Origin: Lingula anatina
Lineage: Eukaryota > Animalia > Brachiopoda
DNA: 64,000 bases
Assembly: GCA_051362555.1 (NCBI GenBank)
Contig: JBPQGU010000016.1
Coordinates: 5,394,001-5,458,000, forward strand
Direction of reading: 5' to 3'
The notes under the pieces were generated by a model that worked only from the letters and a program-made list of their open reading frames with translations, had not been told where the DNA came from and searched no databases. Below are positions 38,867 through 52,727 of this stretch, in pieces. Position numbers and translations under genes: made by a program. Numbering within the stretch: the stretch's first letter is position 1; every line of letters begins with the position of its first letter.

Positions 38867-41013
38867 TTTTTTTTTATGTACAGACACAGATGTATAGCGA
38901 TCACCTCCGTCTGTCGTCGTCGTCGTCGCCGTTTCAGTATATATGCAGCACCGATAACACGATAAGTGAAAAAACGCTTTATTTTTTGGCTTGAAACTTA
39001 CAGAACTGATGAATATTCATAATACGCAGGTCAAGTTCGAAAATCAGCTCGATTGGGCCACTTTTATGGAAGTTATGCTGTTTTTTCACTTTTTTCAGCA
39101 TATATGCAACACTGATAACACAATATAAGAAAAACAGATTGGCCAATTGTCATTGTACTCTCAGGAGTGGTCAATCTTACTAAAACGCAGGTTGAGTTCG
39201 AAAATCAGCATATTCGGGACATTATTTTAGAAGTTATGCTTTTTTTTTTTTTCACATTTCCTCAGATTCAATTCTTAGGCATGTTAACAGTCTCATTATT
39301 GAACTAATAAGATACGTAAAAGTGTTTGTTTGACATTTTTTTTCATCTTTACAACATTGTTAGTTGATTGTGTAAAAATGATGGTAAACTTGTTATCATG
39401 TATTGTATTGGAAATTGGACATTTAACACTGTTCTGTTGATATTTTTCCCATCTCATCAACTTTCTTAGTTGATCATATAAAAATGGCAGTAAACTGTTT
39501 ATTTTGTTTTATGTTAAAAAAGTGTTAAAATGGAAATAAACCCATTTCAGAACAGTGCTGTCTTGTTTACATTTTGGCATTTCCAAGGTGATCTGAATAT
39601 CCATGATACTTATGTTTTATTATTAAAAATTAATGGTCATTATGCTGTTAAACATTATGTAAAATTGCATCAAAATTTGAAGAAACCCCTATTTTGGGCA
39701 CTGCTCCCATGATGATCATTTAAGGAAAATCATGTCACTTACTGTTCTCAAACTTACAGGAAAGAAACATGGGACAAAAATACAGCTTCAGTAGGCAATG
39801 CAGTCTGTTTGATAATTTTTTCTGGCAATTTAACAGTTTTTTGTGAAAAATTAATTTTTCCCATATTGGCATTTTTAAGTTGTGACTTTGAAGTTCTATG
39901 GGCCTGAAGACCTTTGCTAGTCACATTTTCTGAATGTCCATGTTACTAATATTTCATTATCAAAAATTGATGGTCATTATATTGTTAAACATTATGTAAT
40001 ATTGCATCAAAATTTGAAAAAAAACCTATTTTGTGCACTGCTCCCATGATGACCATTTAAGAAAAACCATGTCACTTACAATGCAATCTGCCAGTTTGGT
40101 AAATTTTTCTGGCAATTAAACAGTTTTTTTGTGAAAATTTATATGATTTATGTGATTTAGAACCTCCACGGGCTTGAAGACCCATGCTGGTCACATTTTC
40201 TGAAAATCCATGATACGCTTATTTTATTATTAAATATTGACGGTCATTATGCTGTTAAGTAATGTTGCATCAAAATAGAAGAAAACACAATTTGTGGTGC
40301 TGCTGCCATGTTGACCATTATGGGAAAACCCTGTTACTTATGACTGTCAAACTTTCAAAATAGAAACACAGGACTAAAATGCAGCCTGAGTTGGAAAGCA
40401 GTCTAATTGGCTTCTTTTTCTGGAAGTTATACATTTTAGTGAAATATTCATTATTAGCGTTTTGGCATATTCATTGTGGGACTCGGAGCTCCCATGGACA
40501 TGAAGCCAAATGGTAATCAAATTTTCTCCATGTCTATGCTATTTATAGTCAATAATCAAAAATTGGTGATAATTATTCTGTAATTTATTATGTAATGTTA
40601 CATCAAAATTGACAAAAATCTTTTTGCTCTGCTACTACAAACATTATGAAAAGAAAACTGTGTTACTTATTATTATTTTAAAATTACAAGTATGATTTTT
40701 AGGATTGGCATGCAGTTCAAATCAGAGAGCCAGCTCAATTGGGTTATCATTTATTATTGAATTTATGCAATTTTGTGTGAATTTTTCATTTTTCTCATTC
40801 TGGCATTTTCAAAGTGGGAACTTGAACTCCCATGGGCCTGAAGCCTTATGCTTGTTACACATTTTACTTACAACGATATTACCTGTTGAGCATAATTAAA
40901 ATTTGACGTTGAATTTGCAGTTAAGCATAATGTACTTTTGCATTAGTAGTCTATTTTGTGCATTGTTATTTTCTGCTTTTTGTCTGTACATTTGACAGCT
41001 TTGCTGCCTTGTT
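38867..41013 (+). mobile_element. HINE family 1 copy
   Basis: Starts tttttatgtacagacacaga...gtcgtcgtcgtc; ends tgtctgtacatttgacagctttgctgccttgtt. Confidence 0.78.
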
Positions 41014-42514
41014 TTTATTTTATTTATTTTTTTTTTTCATTTTTTTTTTTTAAGATTTCGCTTTTCATATGTAAATCTCTATTTCTGGCAGAATAAATGG
41101 TTACTGGTACCTACCAATATTATTGTCCTTCTCACTGGACACAGTTCTAAATATTTGGTTGTTGGTGGAAGGCCGCGATAGGGTCACGGGGTGGCATTAC
41201 AAAACGAACTTGAGATTTCAATCTTTCCTTTCATGGCCACTGAAACAAAACCTCCTCAAAGGAGGCCTTGCACCGGCTTATATCATGAGCGCCTTTGTCC
41301 TAGCTAAAGCTAGATATATACTGAACAAAAAATGAATTGACAAATATGGGTACAGATTGGACAACCCCACATCCCACCTCCCATAACACCCATGACGGCA
41401 ATTGTTGTCTTTTTATTACTTGAAGACTGGGGAAAATTCAAGAAATTATATTTTGAAAGTCTACATGTACACAGAATGGTCTCTTATTCTTTTTGAAGTT
41501 AGAAATCAAAACCTTTTTTATCGGACACAATAAGAGAAGGTGGCAATCGATGGGGGGAGTCCTTGTCGCATGCAGCCATTTCTGACATTTCTGCTTATAA
41601 AGTCATTTCAATGCATTGCCGTCAATTCAAAATAAATAAAATAAAATAAAGCTTATCAAAAGCCTTACAAACATGAAAAGCAAGATACAGCTAGAGAGGG
41701 TGGCAATCGGGGGGCGGGATCTTTTTGGCATGCAGCCATTTCTGTTTAAAATTCAGGACGCGGTACTCGTACATGACGTCAGTTCTAAGTAAAGCCCCAT
41801 TCAGAAGCCTTTGCAAATATGAGTACCCGGTACCGCAGTGAAAATTGGTCTTCGGGTAGCCCGAACGTGGAGTTGACGCCACTGACACTGAGCGAAGTAC
41901 GTCAACATTAATTACTATACATCCTACATTATATCTAGAAAACATTCCTGTGAAATTGATTATATTAACATACATTTTATGTCAATTAATCAAATAAAGA
42001 CAAGCGAAAGCGACGGAAATTTCCATGACTAAATAAACTTGTCATCGCTAAATATAACCCTTGTCACGTACTGGCTATCGATGACGCTGTCGCCATTTTG
42101 CAGCACACACCCCACACGCGTATAAGAAATCTGGAAATACTTCGAATCAGAAGGCAAGTTGTCATTATATTAATTTCAAATAAGAATTTTATGTCATAAA
42201 CTTTTATTAATACTTTATCTCAGTATAATCATAATGTTAATTTAATGTTATCTTAGCAATTAGAATGGGAGTTTGTCAACCAATTTGACATGTGAATTGA
42301 CAAGCATAATGATGACAAGCACAAATTTCTATGACATTAAAAAATTCCCATCGCTAAAAATAAACCTTATCAAGTCCTCACCATGACACATAACTTATTT
42401 TCCATTTTGTAATGAATTTTAAGCGTTTATAAGGGCTTAAAAACTTTCAAACTTGTGGCCGGACACAAATAAATTTAGTTTCTTTTCCAGATGCTATATT
42501 AAAGGAGGATTGTG

Positions 42515-43149
42515 ATGATGGAAGGCGACAGTCCAGAGGATATCAACCTCAATCTGAGCGTTTACCTGCAGAATGAGATCACCAGTGATCTGTTAAGGAA
42601 GATGAAACAACTGCTATCAAGCCGCGTGGGGAGGGCCCAGCTGGAGGAGGCAGATGTGCTTTGTGTGTTTAACCTGATGTCTGACAAGGGCATTATTTCT
42701 GTTGGAAAATACGAAGAACTGAAAAAATTAGTGACGCGTGCTGGAAAACCACAATTGGTTGAGAAAATTGAAGAGGCAGAAAACAGAATACGTAATTACT
42801 GTTCACTGTAAAAACAGTGTTTAGCTCCTAAACACATTTCTAAGCGCCTGTTTTGTCTCATTTTTCAACGCTCCTAAGCACTTTGGTTCCTAAGCATGTA
42901 ACAAGCTTTTAGCCTGAATGTGTTTAGCAGTATTATATGCGTCTTAACGGCTATATATATGTATGGTGTATATGTTACGCTTTAAGGCGTTAAGGGTTTC
43001 AACGGTTTTAGCTACATTCACACATATTCTGTTATAATTTAAATGAATTAAGCATCTTGGACTGATTTCTTACTTTCTTTTTTTGTCTAGAGGCAGCAAG
43101 AGTGCCCCAGCAGGCCAGTACGGAATCAGTGGGCCATCTGTATATGTAA
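42515..43149 (+). CDS. DED-only protein, chimeric C/B copy
   Basis: DED protein sequence identical to the 36913 copy up to EEAE, then a B-type tail and intron. Candidate exon 43091-43149 (QAARVPQQASTESVGHLYM*); unspliced form stops at 42811. Confidence 0.78.
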
Positions 43150-43977
43150 GAATTTAAAGCCTGCGGACCTCGCTACAGCAACGAGGAGCAGCAGCAGTTG
43201 AGAGTGACATTTTGTTTTCTTCTACTAGGACCACAGATTGATTTTTTACTAGATATTGACAGATATGTTTCTGGCCATTTATGAAATTTTTATTATCCTT
43301 TTAATATTCACGTTATAATCACATGTAAACACCAAAAAGACGTATTATTGATATTGTAATTGTTCTCTATGACATCAAGTTACCACGAGTTTTGTGTGTG
43401 GCAATGCATCATAATGTATAGAATTGTTATTCTTATTGTACTGATGCACTATTCACTTCGTGAAAATGTCTAAAGCTATGTTAGCATATACAATTTCCAT
43501 TCAAGCATTCCACTCTCCGATAAACCGCGTCCTTTGTTTAAAGTTGAGTATGCCGGAGGAAGTACAGGTATATATATATGTATATATGGAGTATTATAAC
43601 TGTTCATTTTAATATTCGGTTGGAGTAAATAATTTGAACTGTACTTAGCATCACTAATGTTGTGGGGGTATAAGTACAGAATAGTGGACAGTGTTCAATA
43701 CCAAGGTCAGGAGTGTACAATTCCCCCATGCTATGTGTGAGCAATTACTCCTCGTGTAGACCAATCCTGGAAAATGTTCATTATCTTTTCTATGCATACA
43801 TATGTATCCCTATATAACTATTTGTGTAATGATGATGGCTACTTATACGTGTATTTTTTTATATATGATATAGTTTGTTGTATTGTCCGTGATTGTACCT
43901 TTTGCTTGAAAGTGTGAATCAATAAAAAAAACGTGAATCTGAATAGCCGCTTATGATCTATCTGTATATCGATTGTC

Positions 43978-45029
43978 TTTTTAGACTGCATAAGCATTTT
44001 GAAGTCTCTATTCATTGTTTTCCCAGATTCTGTCCAGGCAGGAAGCATTTGCTTCTGTGTGTAGACGGCCACAGGGGGTTGGGCTGTCCCTGGGGGGTGG
44101 TTGATTCTAAATTTTTATTACATTGAAATTTTTGCTATCTCCTCCTAGACCATCAGAGTTAGGAAGCTGAAACTTTGGTGAATAGTTTACCCATTATCAG
44201 GGATGTACATGGGCATTTTGGAATTTATTGCCACAGGGGGTTGGGCTGTACCCTGGGGGTTGAATCTAAATCCTTAGACATTGTAAATTCTGCTATCTCC
44301 TCCTAGACCACTGCATGTAGGAAGTTGAAACTTTGGGAATTGGTAAACCCATAATCAGGGATGTGCATGGGCACTTTTGAATTTTAGTGCCACAGGGGGG
44401 TGGGCTGCCCCCAGGGGGTGGTTGATCCTAAATTCTTTTCACATTGTAATTTTTGCTATCTCCTCCTAGACCATTAAAGTTAGGAAACTGAAACTTTGGG
44501 AATTGGTAGACCCATAATCAGGAATGTGCATGGGCACTTTTGAATTTTAGTGCCACAGGGGGTTGGGCTGTCCCCAGGGGGTGGTTGATTCTAAATTCTT
44601 ATGGCATTGTAATTTCTGCTATCTCCTCCTAGACCATTAGAGTTAGGAAGCTGAAACTTTGGTGAATAGTTTACCCATCATCAGGGATGTGCATGGGCAT
44701 TTTGGAATTTTAGTGCAACAGGGGATTGGGCTGTCCCTGGGGGTGATTGATTCTAAATACTCATGACATTGTAATTTCTGCTATCTCCTCCTAGACCGTT
44801 GCATGTAGGAAGTTGAAACTTTGGGAATTGGTAGACCCATAAATTTGGCCTAAATTGGAATTTAAAAAAAAAAACACATTTGCAAACTTTTCCCTCTAAT
44901 ACTATGATGTACTTAATTTAATTAGTAACTAAATCTAGATATTAATACCTTTAAATACAAAAATTAAAAATAAATTGTTATTTTAAAAATTCACAACATT
45001 TGCAGTCACCTTGCTCTCTGAGCAATTTT
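43978..45029 (+). mobile_element. HINE-like element (family 3) with ~161-bp internal tandem repeats
   Basis: ttttagactgca ... tgcagtc plus the hairpin ttgctctctgagcaa; gccacaggggg repeats near 44068, 44230, 44389, 44552 and 44715. Confidence 0.7.
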
Positions 45030-46849
45030 ATTTTAAGAATTTGCTTTCTGTATACAAATCTCTTATTCTTTTAACAGAAATGGTTACTGGTACCTAACAA
45101 TATAATTGTCCTTCTAACCGGACACATTTCCAAATATATGACTGTTGGTGAAAAATTAAGAAGGCTGGGTCTACGTAGCCTGTAGATATAATTTATTTTA
45201 TTGATATTATTATTTTTTTAAATTAATTAAAACTTGTAATATGTTGTGTTCAGCAAACAAGTTTTTATTTTGTAATTATCGTTTCTGTCAGCACATAAAT
45301 GCTGTGTTCTGACAACTAGAATTGATGTACATAAAGCTTATGTAAGAAGCAGTTGTATCTTATCATTTGTGTTTGAACAATATGACGTACACATTATAAC
45401 ATTTGAATGCTGTCTCGGGTCAGTGTAGACCTGTCGTCAGTCTCGAGATATTTGCTGAAATGCCACCAGGAGCTACGTGAGACAATACATGTGGATATAA
45501 GACCACATTTCTACTGACATAGATTATGTATTTCGGTGTCAGAAATGTTAAAACTCAAACATTAAAGTACAAAATATACTTCTTAGCCCAGACAGTAGAA
45601 CCACGTTAACGCCAAAAATAACAGCACCCGTAAAAACTAATGTTTACAGATATTGAAATATAAAAGTTGCCATCTTCCTTTTTATGTACAGACACGATAC
45701 GATCAAACAATAAGCCCTGTCTCCATTCCAGCATAGACGGATTTATTTTTAGGAGAGAGAGGATTTTCGTAGACTTCTTAACCTTACAATTTACGGCATT
45801 CAACGGCATAGCACCGTCACCTTAAAGGAGTGTTATCAGTTGCATTATTTAGCCTCTGTCATCATTTATCTATTTAGAAAATTTAATGTTCATCCAGATT
45901 TACCTCAGTTTTTCATTGCGCTTCTTATATTTCAATACTTTGGTCGGGTTTTAGTAACATTCATTGTTTTTACCCGGCACCCAAATATGATGCTGTTAGG
46001 CTGTAACTCGAAAAGATACTTAGCATCAAACAGATGAGATGGGATCAAAAGAGACTTTATTTGTAAGTGTTCATGGTTATAAAGTTGACACTGGCCTTGT
46101 GATATCCGGACAGTGCCGTATGTCCCATATGATGCAGCGTCCGGAGACGCTGTGACTACCCGCTACCAGGACGACATATTGATTTTTCACAGAACTGTAT
46201 GTCTCTTGATAAGTAGACAGTCATTTTGGCTCAGCAAAAAATGTCCACAATAATAACTGCGGCCCTGGTTGAGGGTAGGCTGTGACCGCACGGTATCGTA
46301 CCGATTAACAGCCTCTGTGGCGTTGTCAACTTGAAACTTTGACAAATTTTTGAAGTACATTGCAAGTTGCAACTATTTCGTAGACGGCGTTGCACAGTGC
46401 CCATCACATCCAAATAAAAAACTGTTCGATAGACTTGCCACGCAAGATTGTCTTGCGACACTGAGTTGTCAGACTTGCCAAGGAGATACAATCCTCTCAT
46501 GGTTTTAGGAATCATAAAGTAATAGTGAAGATGCAATATAATAACTAAGTCTAATTCACTTGCATAAATGTGAAATTATATGTGTCTCTTTATGGTGCTT
46601 AAAAACGCACGGGGAAGCAATGACATGTTAAATAAGTTAATTTTATGTTAACGCGTCAGTCAGCAAGGAAGACGCATAGGGGAAAGGGCGACATTAGCAA
46701 ACGACACTCGCCGTAGACCGAAGACATTCACAAAACAAATAAAAGAAAAGAATGTGCTATAAGATTTCATCGTGTGGCGGCAGTCGTGGCAAATGTAACC
46801 TTGGTTTACGAGTCAATATGCGCTATTTATATGTTTTTCCTTCAGCTAT

Positions 46850-48822
46850 TTAGTTTTTCTCAGTAAGTCGTCCTTTTACCACAAACAGTCCGGTGTAATC
46901 TGATCGAATGTCTAAACTTCTTGTATTATCTTCATACCACACCATTTCGTCAAAACCAGCCGACTTCAGAGCATTAGTGATTTTAGCTTTGTCAAGTGGC
47001 AGACAAAAGAACTTCTCTTTACCAACTGTGTAATACGTTTCATCCAACACTCCAACAAGAACGATGTGTCCCCCGTGTCGTAGAAGTCTGGCGATGTTGA
47101 CGAGCGCCCTCTGGTAGCTGGCGACGTCATGACAAGCAGCCTCTAAACACAGGCTGCTGAGGACGGCGTCAAATGGCTCGACAGGATTTGGAGACAAGAT
47201 GTCTTCTTTCGTGACATCGCAGTGTTTGACGGGAGTCATTTTTTCGCGGAAGGTTAGCTGATTTTCCATCCATTTGCTCCTATAAATACCAACAGTTATG
47301 AAAGGTTAACAATTATGTGGCGTTCACTTGGATCAAATACACATAAATACTTGTAAGTAGATGTTTGTCATCGTGAGACACAAGAGCCATGCAAATGATG
47401 TGCTCTTCTTTTAATAGCAGCTCCATTTCATTTCTTGATAAAACCACCTCTAAATTTTTTTTACTTTATCATTTAGCAAATACCATAATGGCAAACAGAA
47501 TCCCTTTTTTTAATGAAAAAATTAACGCGCTTGTACCTTTAAAAATATATTTTTACCATCTTTACAAAAAAAGATGTTATATACTTCTTCCATAGGAAAG
47601 GCCTGTAGTGCTAGAATATTGTAAATGGTTCTAATTAATGGAATAATTGGTTAAATCATCTTAGTGACCATGATTATATATACGATGGTACCTCTTTATT
47701 ATGTTGAAAAAAATTGTATGATTTTACTTTCACTTTGGTGGCTAAAGAACCCTTTACACTGGACTGCGTTTCCACATCCTTTGGTAGGCCTACGGTCCCG
47801 TTTGAGAGTTAAAAAAAATATTTACGTGTCGACAACTGGCCGATCATTGAGCATTCATTCTGCAACCAAAGCAATGCTTGTACCTCCTTTCTACAACCAC
47901 AGCGATGCCAGTTTCCTGGTGGCACAAAGGATGCAGAAAGGACGCCGTCCAGTGTAAAGGGGATTTAAACGATTGACGGAATCGCAGGAAATTGTTACAG
48001 CTAAAGGTAGAGGTTTTTGAGCACAAGTACATTTACACTTAATGGAATTTTAAATGCTTTGCCGTTTGAATCTTAGAATGCGCCACCCGAACACTTATTT
48101 ATTTGTTTATTTTTGAAAATTAAACTTACTCATCTCCGTCCAACTTGGCATGGTGTTTGAAGTGTGGAGACCAGTCGTGGGCGGTGTCGTCTGCTGCCCA
48201 CCATTTCACCAGCTCATCTCTGTTACACTTGGCGTACTCACTCAGTGTGATCCTGTCGAACCATTTGGCGCTGGGAATGAGATTGGCAATCACCGGCCCT
48301 GATCCTATTTCCAAAATGCGGCGACCTGTGATAGTCCCTGCAAATAAAAAAGAAGTCTCGAGTTCAAAGTTTTTTATCGGTCAGTGTGCCTCTACTTGTA
48401 ATATCGCCATTGGAAAGCCATGAATAATTCGTCTTTCACAGCGAACTAGCTTGACTTACAGGTTCTGTATAAGTAAAATAATAAAAAAAGCAAAACAAGA
48501 AAACAAATATTGCCCCCAGGACGCCTTCTAGAAGGCCTAGACACCCCCTCCCCCCAACACAAAGACTTTTTAGGCACGTCAAACATAAGTGCAGGGAGCA
48601 TTTTGTAGGTGAGGGTATTAGCAGAAGGGGGTGACAATGTACTACACTGTAGTATACGATCGAGGAAATCCTACCTGAGGAAAATATTTTATGAAGAGTT
48701 TTCGGTATGAACATTGGTGAAGTGGGTTCTTCCGGCGTTCCTTCGAGTATGCACGATTTTAGATATTCTTCTGCACTGAATTTCTTCTGGTAGTCCTCTC
48801 CAAATAAAAGCATGTTGGTCAT
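46850..48822 (-). CDS. NNMT/PNMT/TEMT-family N-methyltransferase, copy 2 (261 aa)
   Basis: Exons 48822-48675, 48337-48130 and 47279-46850; about 7 amino-acid differences from copy 1; reading frame intact. Confidence 0.9.
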
Positions 48823-49748
48823 ATTGTGTCAATATTAATTGTTGCTATCAGATGTTTCGATCCTTTAAGCCTCGTTTACAGCAAGCTGATCCTTCCACGA
48901 AATGTTGGTAGCTCTTCCAAGTCTCGGGCGTTATTTTATCTGCATAGGGTGGCCTATCTGCGTTCTTACCAAACTTTGATGTCCCTGTAATAATAAGGAT
49001 AATCATAATTAATAATTGATTTTTGACGTGCAGCTAAGTCGAGCCAAGCAAGTCAAAGCATTAAATATTTTCACTCTCTTCGCCCCCTTTGTATGGATTC
49101 AAGGTGCACTAGCCAAACAGTATACCTACATATTCTTGTGTTTGTAAAGGTTTTTTTAAATGGGCCGTTATTGTTGATCTGACCTCATTTATTGCAGGTC
49201 CCTTTTAACTTTGCATATATTGATCCTCGGGACGACCGAACATGGAGTTACTATTTTTACTGAGGTAGCATACGCTATATACACACGTATAAGAAATCTG
49301 GCTGGGAATACTTCGAATAAGTAGGTAATTTGTCTCGATATTGACTTCATGGACGAATTTCATGTTAGAACTTACAGTTTAATGTCAACTAAGAAATTAG
49401 AAGGAGAGTTTTTCAACTATTTTTGCAAGTGCACTGATAAGCACAACAATGACAAGCAAAAGCGACGGAAATTCCCATTGCTAAAAATAATCCTTATCGT
49501 GTCCTTACAGTGACACTGAAACTTATTCGCCATTTTATAGTGAATTTTCGCGTTTGTAACATTCTCAATTATTAGCAAGGGGGAATGGTTGGATTTGTTT
49601 AACGTTTACTTTGACAGTGCCCAGTTTTATTTTGAAGAAGATTAGGCCTGCGAAAAATTTCAAACTTGCAGTCCAATCCTGCAACCGGACACCAAAATAG
49701 TTACAGTTCCTTTAATCTTTTTCAGCCGCTTTAAGGAGGTTTGTAAGG

Positions 49749-50091
49749 ATGGATGCCACCAGACCAGAGTATATCCACAACCATCTGAGCCTTGACTTGA
49801 AGAATGAGATCACCAGAGATCAGTTTAAAGCCATAAAACAACTGCTCTGGGGCACAGTGGGGAGGGCCCAGCTGGAGGAAGCAGAAGATGTGTGTCACGT
49901 GTTTAACCTGATGTTTGACAAGGGCATTATTTCAATTGGAGAGTATGGTGTACTGAAGAGATTGGTGAGGGATACTGGAATAGGAAGATTGGTTGGTGTC
50001 ATTGAAGAGGCAGAAAACAGAATAAGGACGTGTGAGTATTAACGTACCTTTATTTGGTATATGACAGATAAAGTGTATGTATTTCTTTCTC

Positions 50092-50146
<55 letters not shown>

Positions 50147-50305
50147 TGAATGTGAATGATATGTTAATTCTACGGTAAGTTCTGTTATCTTTCTTAAGAT
50201 TCTGTAATATTTTCAACAAAATGAGCTTTTACAGGAATTACAGCTGATTTTTGTCTTTTGTCACCTCCAGATAAAGCAAATGAAGACCAGGTCAAGAAGG
50301 AATAA
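49749..50305 (+). CDS. DED-only protein, subtype A copy 2 (intact, ~105 aa)
   Basis: Exon 49749-50031 (|gtgagt) and exon 50271-50305 (YKANEDQVKKE*); DED pattern LSLDLKNEITRDQFKAIKQLLWGTVGRAQLEEAEDVCHVFNLMFDKGIIS. Confidence 0.82.
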
Positions 50306-52727
50306 TTAAGGCCTTTGGCACCTTTGCAGCAGTGGCATCAATTTAGAGAAATCCCACCTGAGGCAGAAATTTTGTGGACTTCTTAGCTTAATTCACGCAA
50401 GTCTGTAGAATAACATGTCTAAATTTCTGCAGCCCCATTCAGAGACAGTATCTGTGTTTAGACCAACTTTCAGTTCAGCCAAGCCACCATTGAAGGCAAC
50501 TGACGGTAACTTGAACCAGGAGAACACTTAGCTTGTTTACCATTTGAGAGAGGGCACTTCCGACACTTCTTTACCCTCCTAGATCACAATGCAGACCACA
50601 TCGTACCTACAAAACCAAGAGGACAACCTTTGCGTTGGCCGTCCATATCCACTGACACAAACCCAAAAGGTACCCTCTGGATAGAAATAACTCGCCGAGC
50701 TATTATATACCCTACTGATCTGGCCTACAGATTTGCCTCAACGAAATGCCAGATCAAATTTCCATACATCTCTGTGTGAATGTATGCCTCGCCGAGTAGG
50801 AGGTCTATAGTCAGCCTTGCTTTCAGAGGACAAACTCTGACTGATGTGTGGAACACTGCCAGATCAATTCCTCAGAAAATAGCTGAAGGAATGCCTTGCC
50901 GAGGGCTCAGACTGCAGTCAATGGAGGTCACATACGTAATAAACTGTTGAAATCTGTTGAATTGGTCTTAATAGTTCTTTGCTGTGAGAGAAAATTCAGA
51001 TAGCCTCATACCTTTCAAATAGTTGAGTTTCCAAATAAAGCACTGTGCATGCATTGCTGTTATTCGCCATAAAATCATCCATGTGTTGTTTTTAAAGTTG
51101 TTTTTTTTAATATTTTAAGTAAATATTTGATGACAGATTGAAATTGAATGATTTAATAAAGACATAACACCCATGATGGCAATTGTTGTTTATTTATTAC
51201 TTTAAGACGGGGAACAATTTAAGAAATTATATTTTGAAAGTCTACATAGAAAGGTCTCTTATTATCTTTGAAATTAGAAACCAAAACCTTTTTTATCGGA
51301 CACAATAAGAGAGGGTGGGGGGTCTTTTTCGCATGCGGCATTGACATTTCTATTTTAAAGTCATTTCACGGAAATCATACTTGCCGTCAATTCAAAATAA
51401 AGCCTATTTGTTATAGTGAGGAATGACGACAAAAGTTTGGAGCTTTCGAACGTTTATTCACCGACTCCCTTTTTTCACAGAATCTACAAATATTTATAGG
51501 ACTCTATTTTCTCAAAGAATTTTCCACTCTCATATTACAAAACGCTATTCAATATTTCCTAATTTAGTAATTTCATTGAGACTTGTTTTTAAATTTAAAA
51601 TATTTAAAATATTTTCCGCATTACTCATGCTTGGAGCTTGTCCATCTCGAGTATGTATGAGTTTTACACATGTTAGAAACGTGCAAATCTATTGAAAAAT
51701 TAACCAATCAAATCCAACTATATGTGACTTTGAAATGTTCCATCCTTTGTTACTTCGAGAACAATCTCTACACTTGTTGACACTTAAAGAAATTTAACTT
51801 GCACTCAATAAATTCCTACACATTTGATTCTGTTTTAATTGTTTTGTAATTATCGAAAGGGTAATTCATTAGCTTTACAACATATTCAAAAGCCTTACAA
51901 ACATGAAAAGCAAGAGAGGGTGGCAATCGAGGGGGGGGGGGGTTCTTTTTGGCATGCAGCCATTTCTGTTTAAAATTCAGGACACGGTACTCGTAAATGA
52001 CGTCAGTTCTAAAAGCCCCATTCAGACGCCTTTGCAAATATGAGTACCGCAGTGAAAATTGGTCTTCGGGTAGCCCGAACGTCGAGTTGACGTCACTGAC
52101 ACTGAGCGAAGTACGTCAACATTAATTAGTATACATCCTACATAATATCTAGAAAACATTCCTGGGAAATTGATTATATTAACATATATTTTATGTCAAT
52201 TAATCAAATAATGACAATCGAAAGCGACGGAAATTTCCATGACTAAATAAACTTGTCATCGATAAATATAACCCTTGTCACGTACTGGCTATCCATGACG
52301 CTGTCGCCATTTTGCAGCACACACCGCACACGCGTATAAGAAATCTGGGAATACTTCGAATCAGAAGGCAAGTTGTTATTATATTAATTTCAAATAAGAA
52401 TTTTTTGTCATAAACTTTTATTAATACTTTATCTCAGTATAATCTTAATGTTAATTTAATGTTATCTTAGCAATTAGAATGGGAGTTTGCCAACCTATTT
52501 GACATGTGAATTGACAAGCATAATGATGACAAGCAAAAATTTCTATGACTTTAAAAATTCCCATCGCTAAAATAAACTTTATCAAGTCCTCACGATGACA
52601 CTCTAACTTATTTTCCATTTTGTAATGAATTTTAAGCGTTTATAAGGGCTTAAAAACTTTCAAACTTGTGGCCGGACACAAATAAATTTAGTTTCTTTTT
52701 CAGCCGCTATATTAAAGGAGGATTGTA

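Noticed and set aside
33909-41975. Identical short ORFs repeated at 33909/39530, 35112/40705 and 36089/41691
   Set aside because: They reflect recent duplication of transposon and promoter DNA, not coding conservation.
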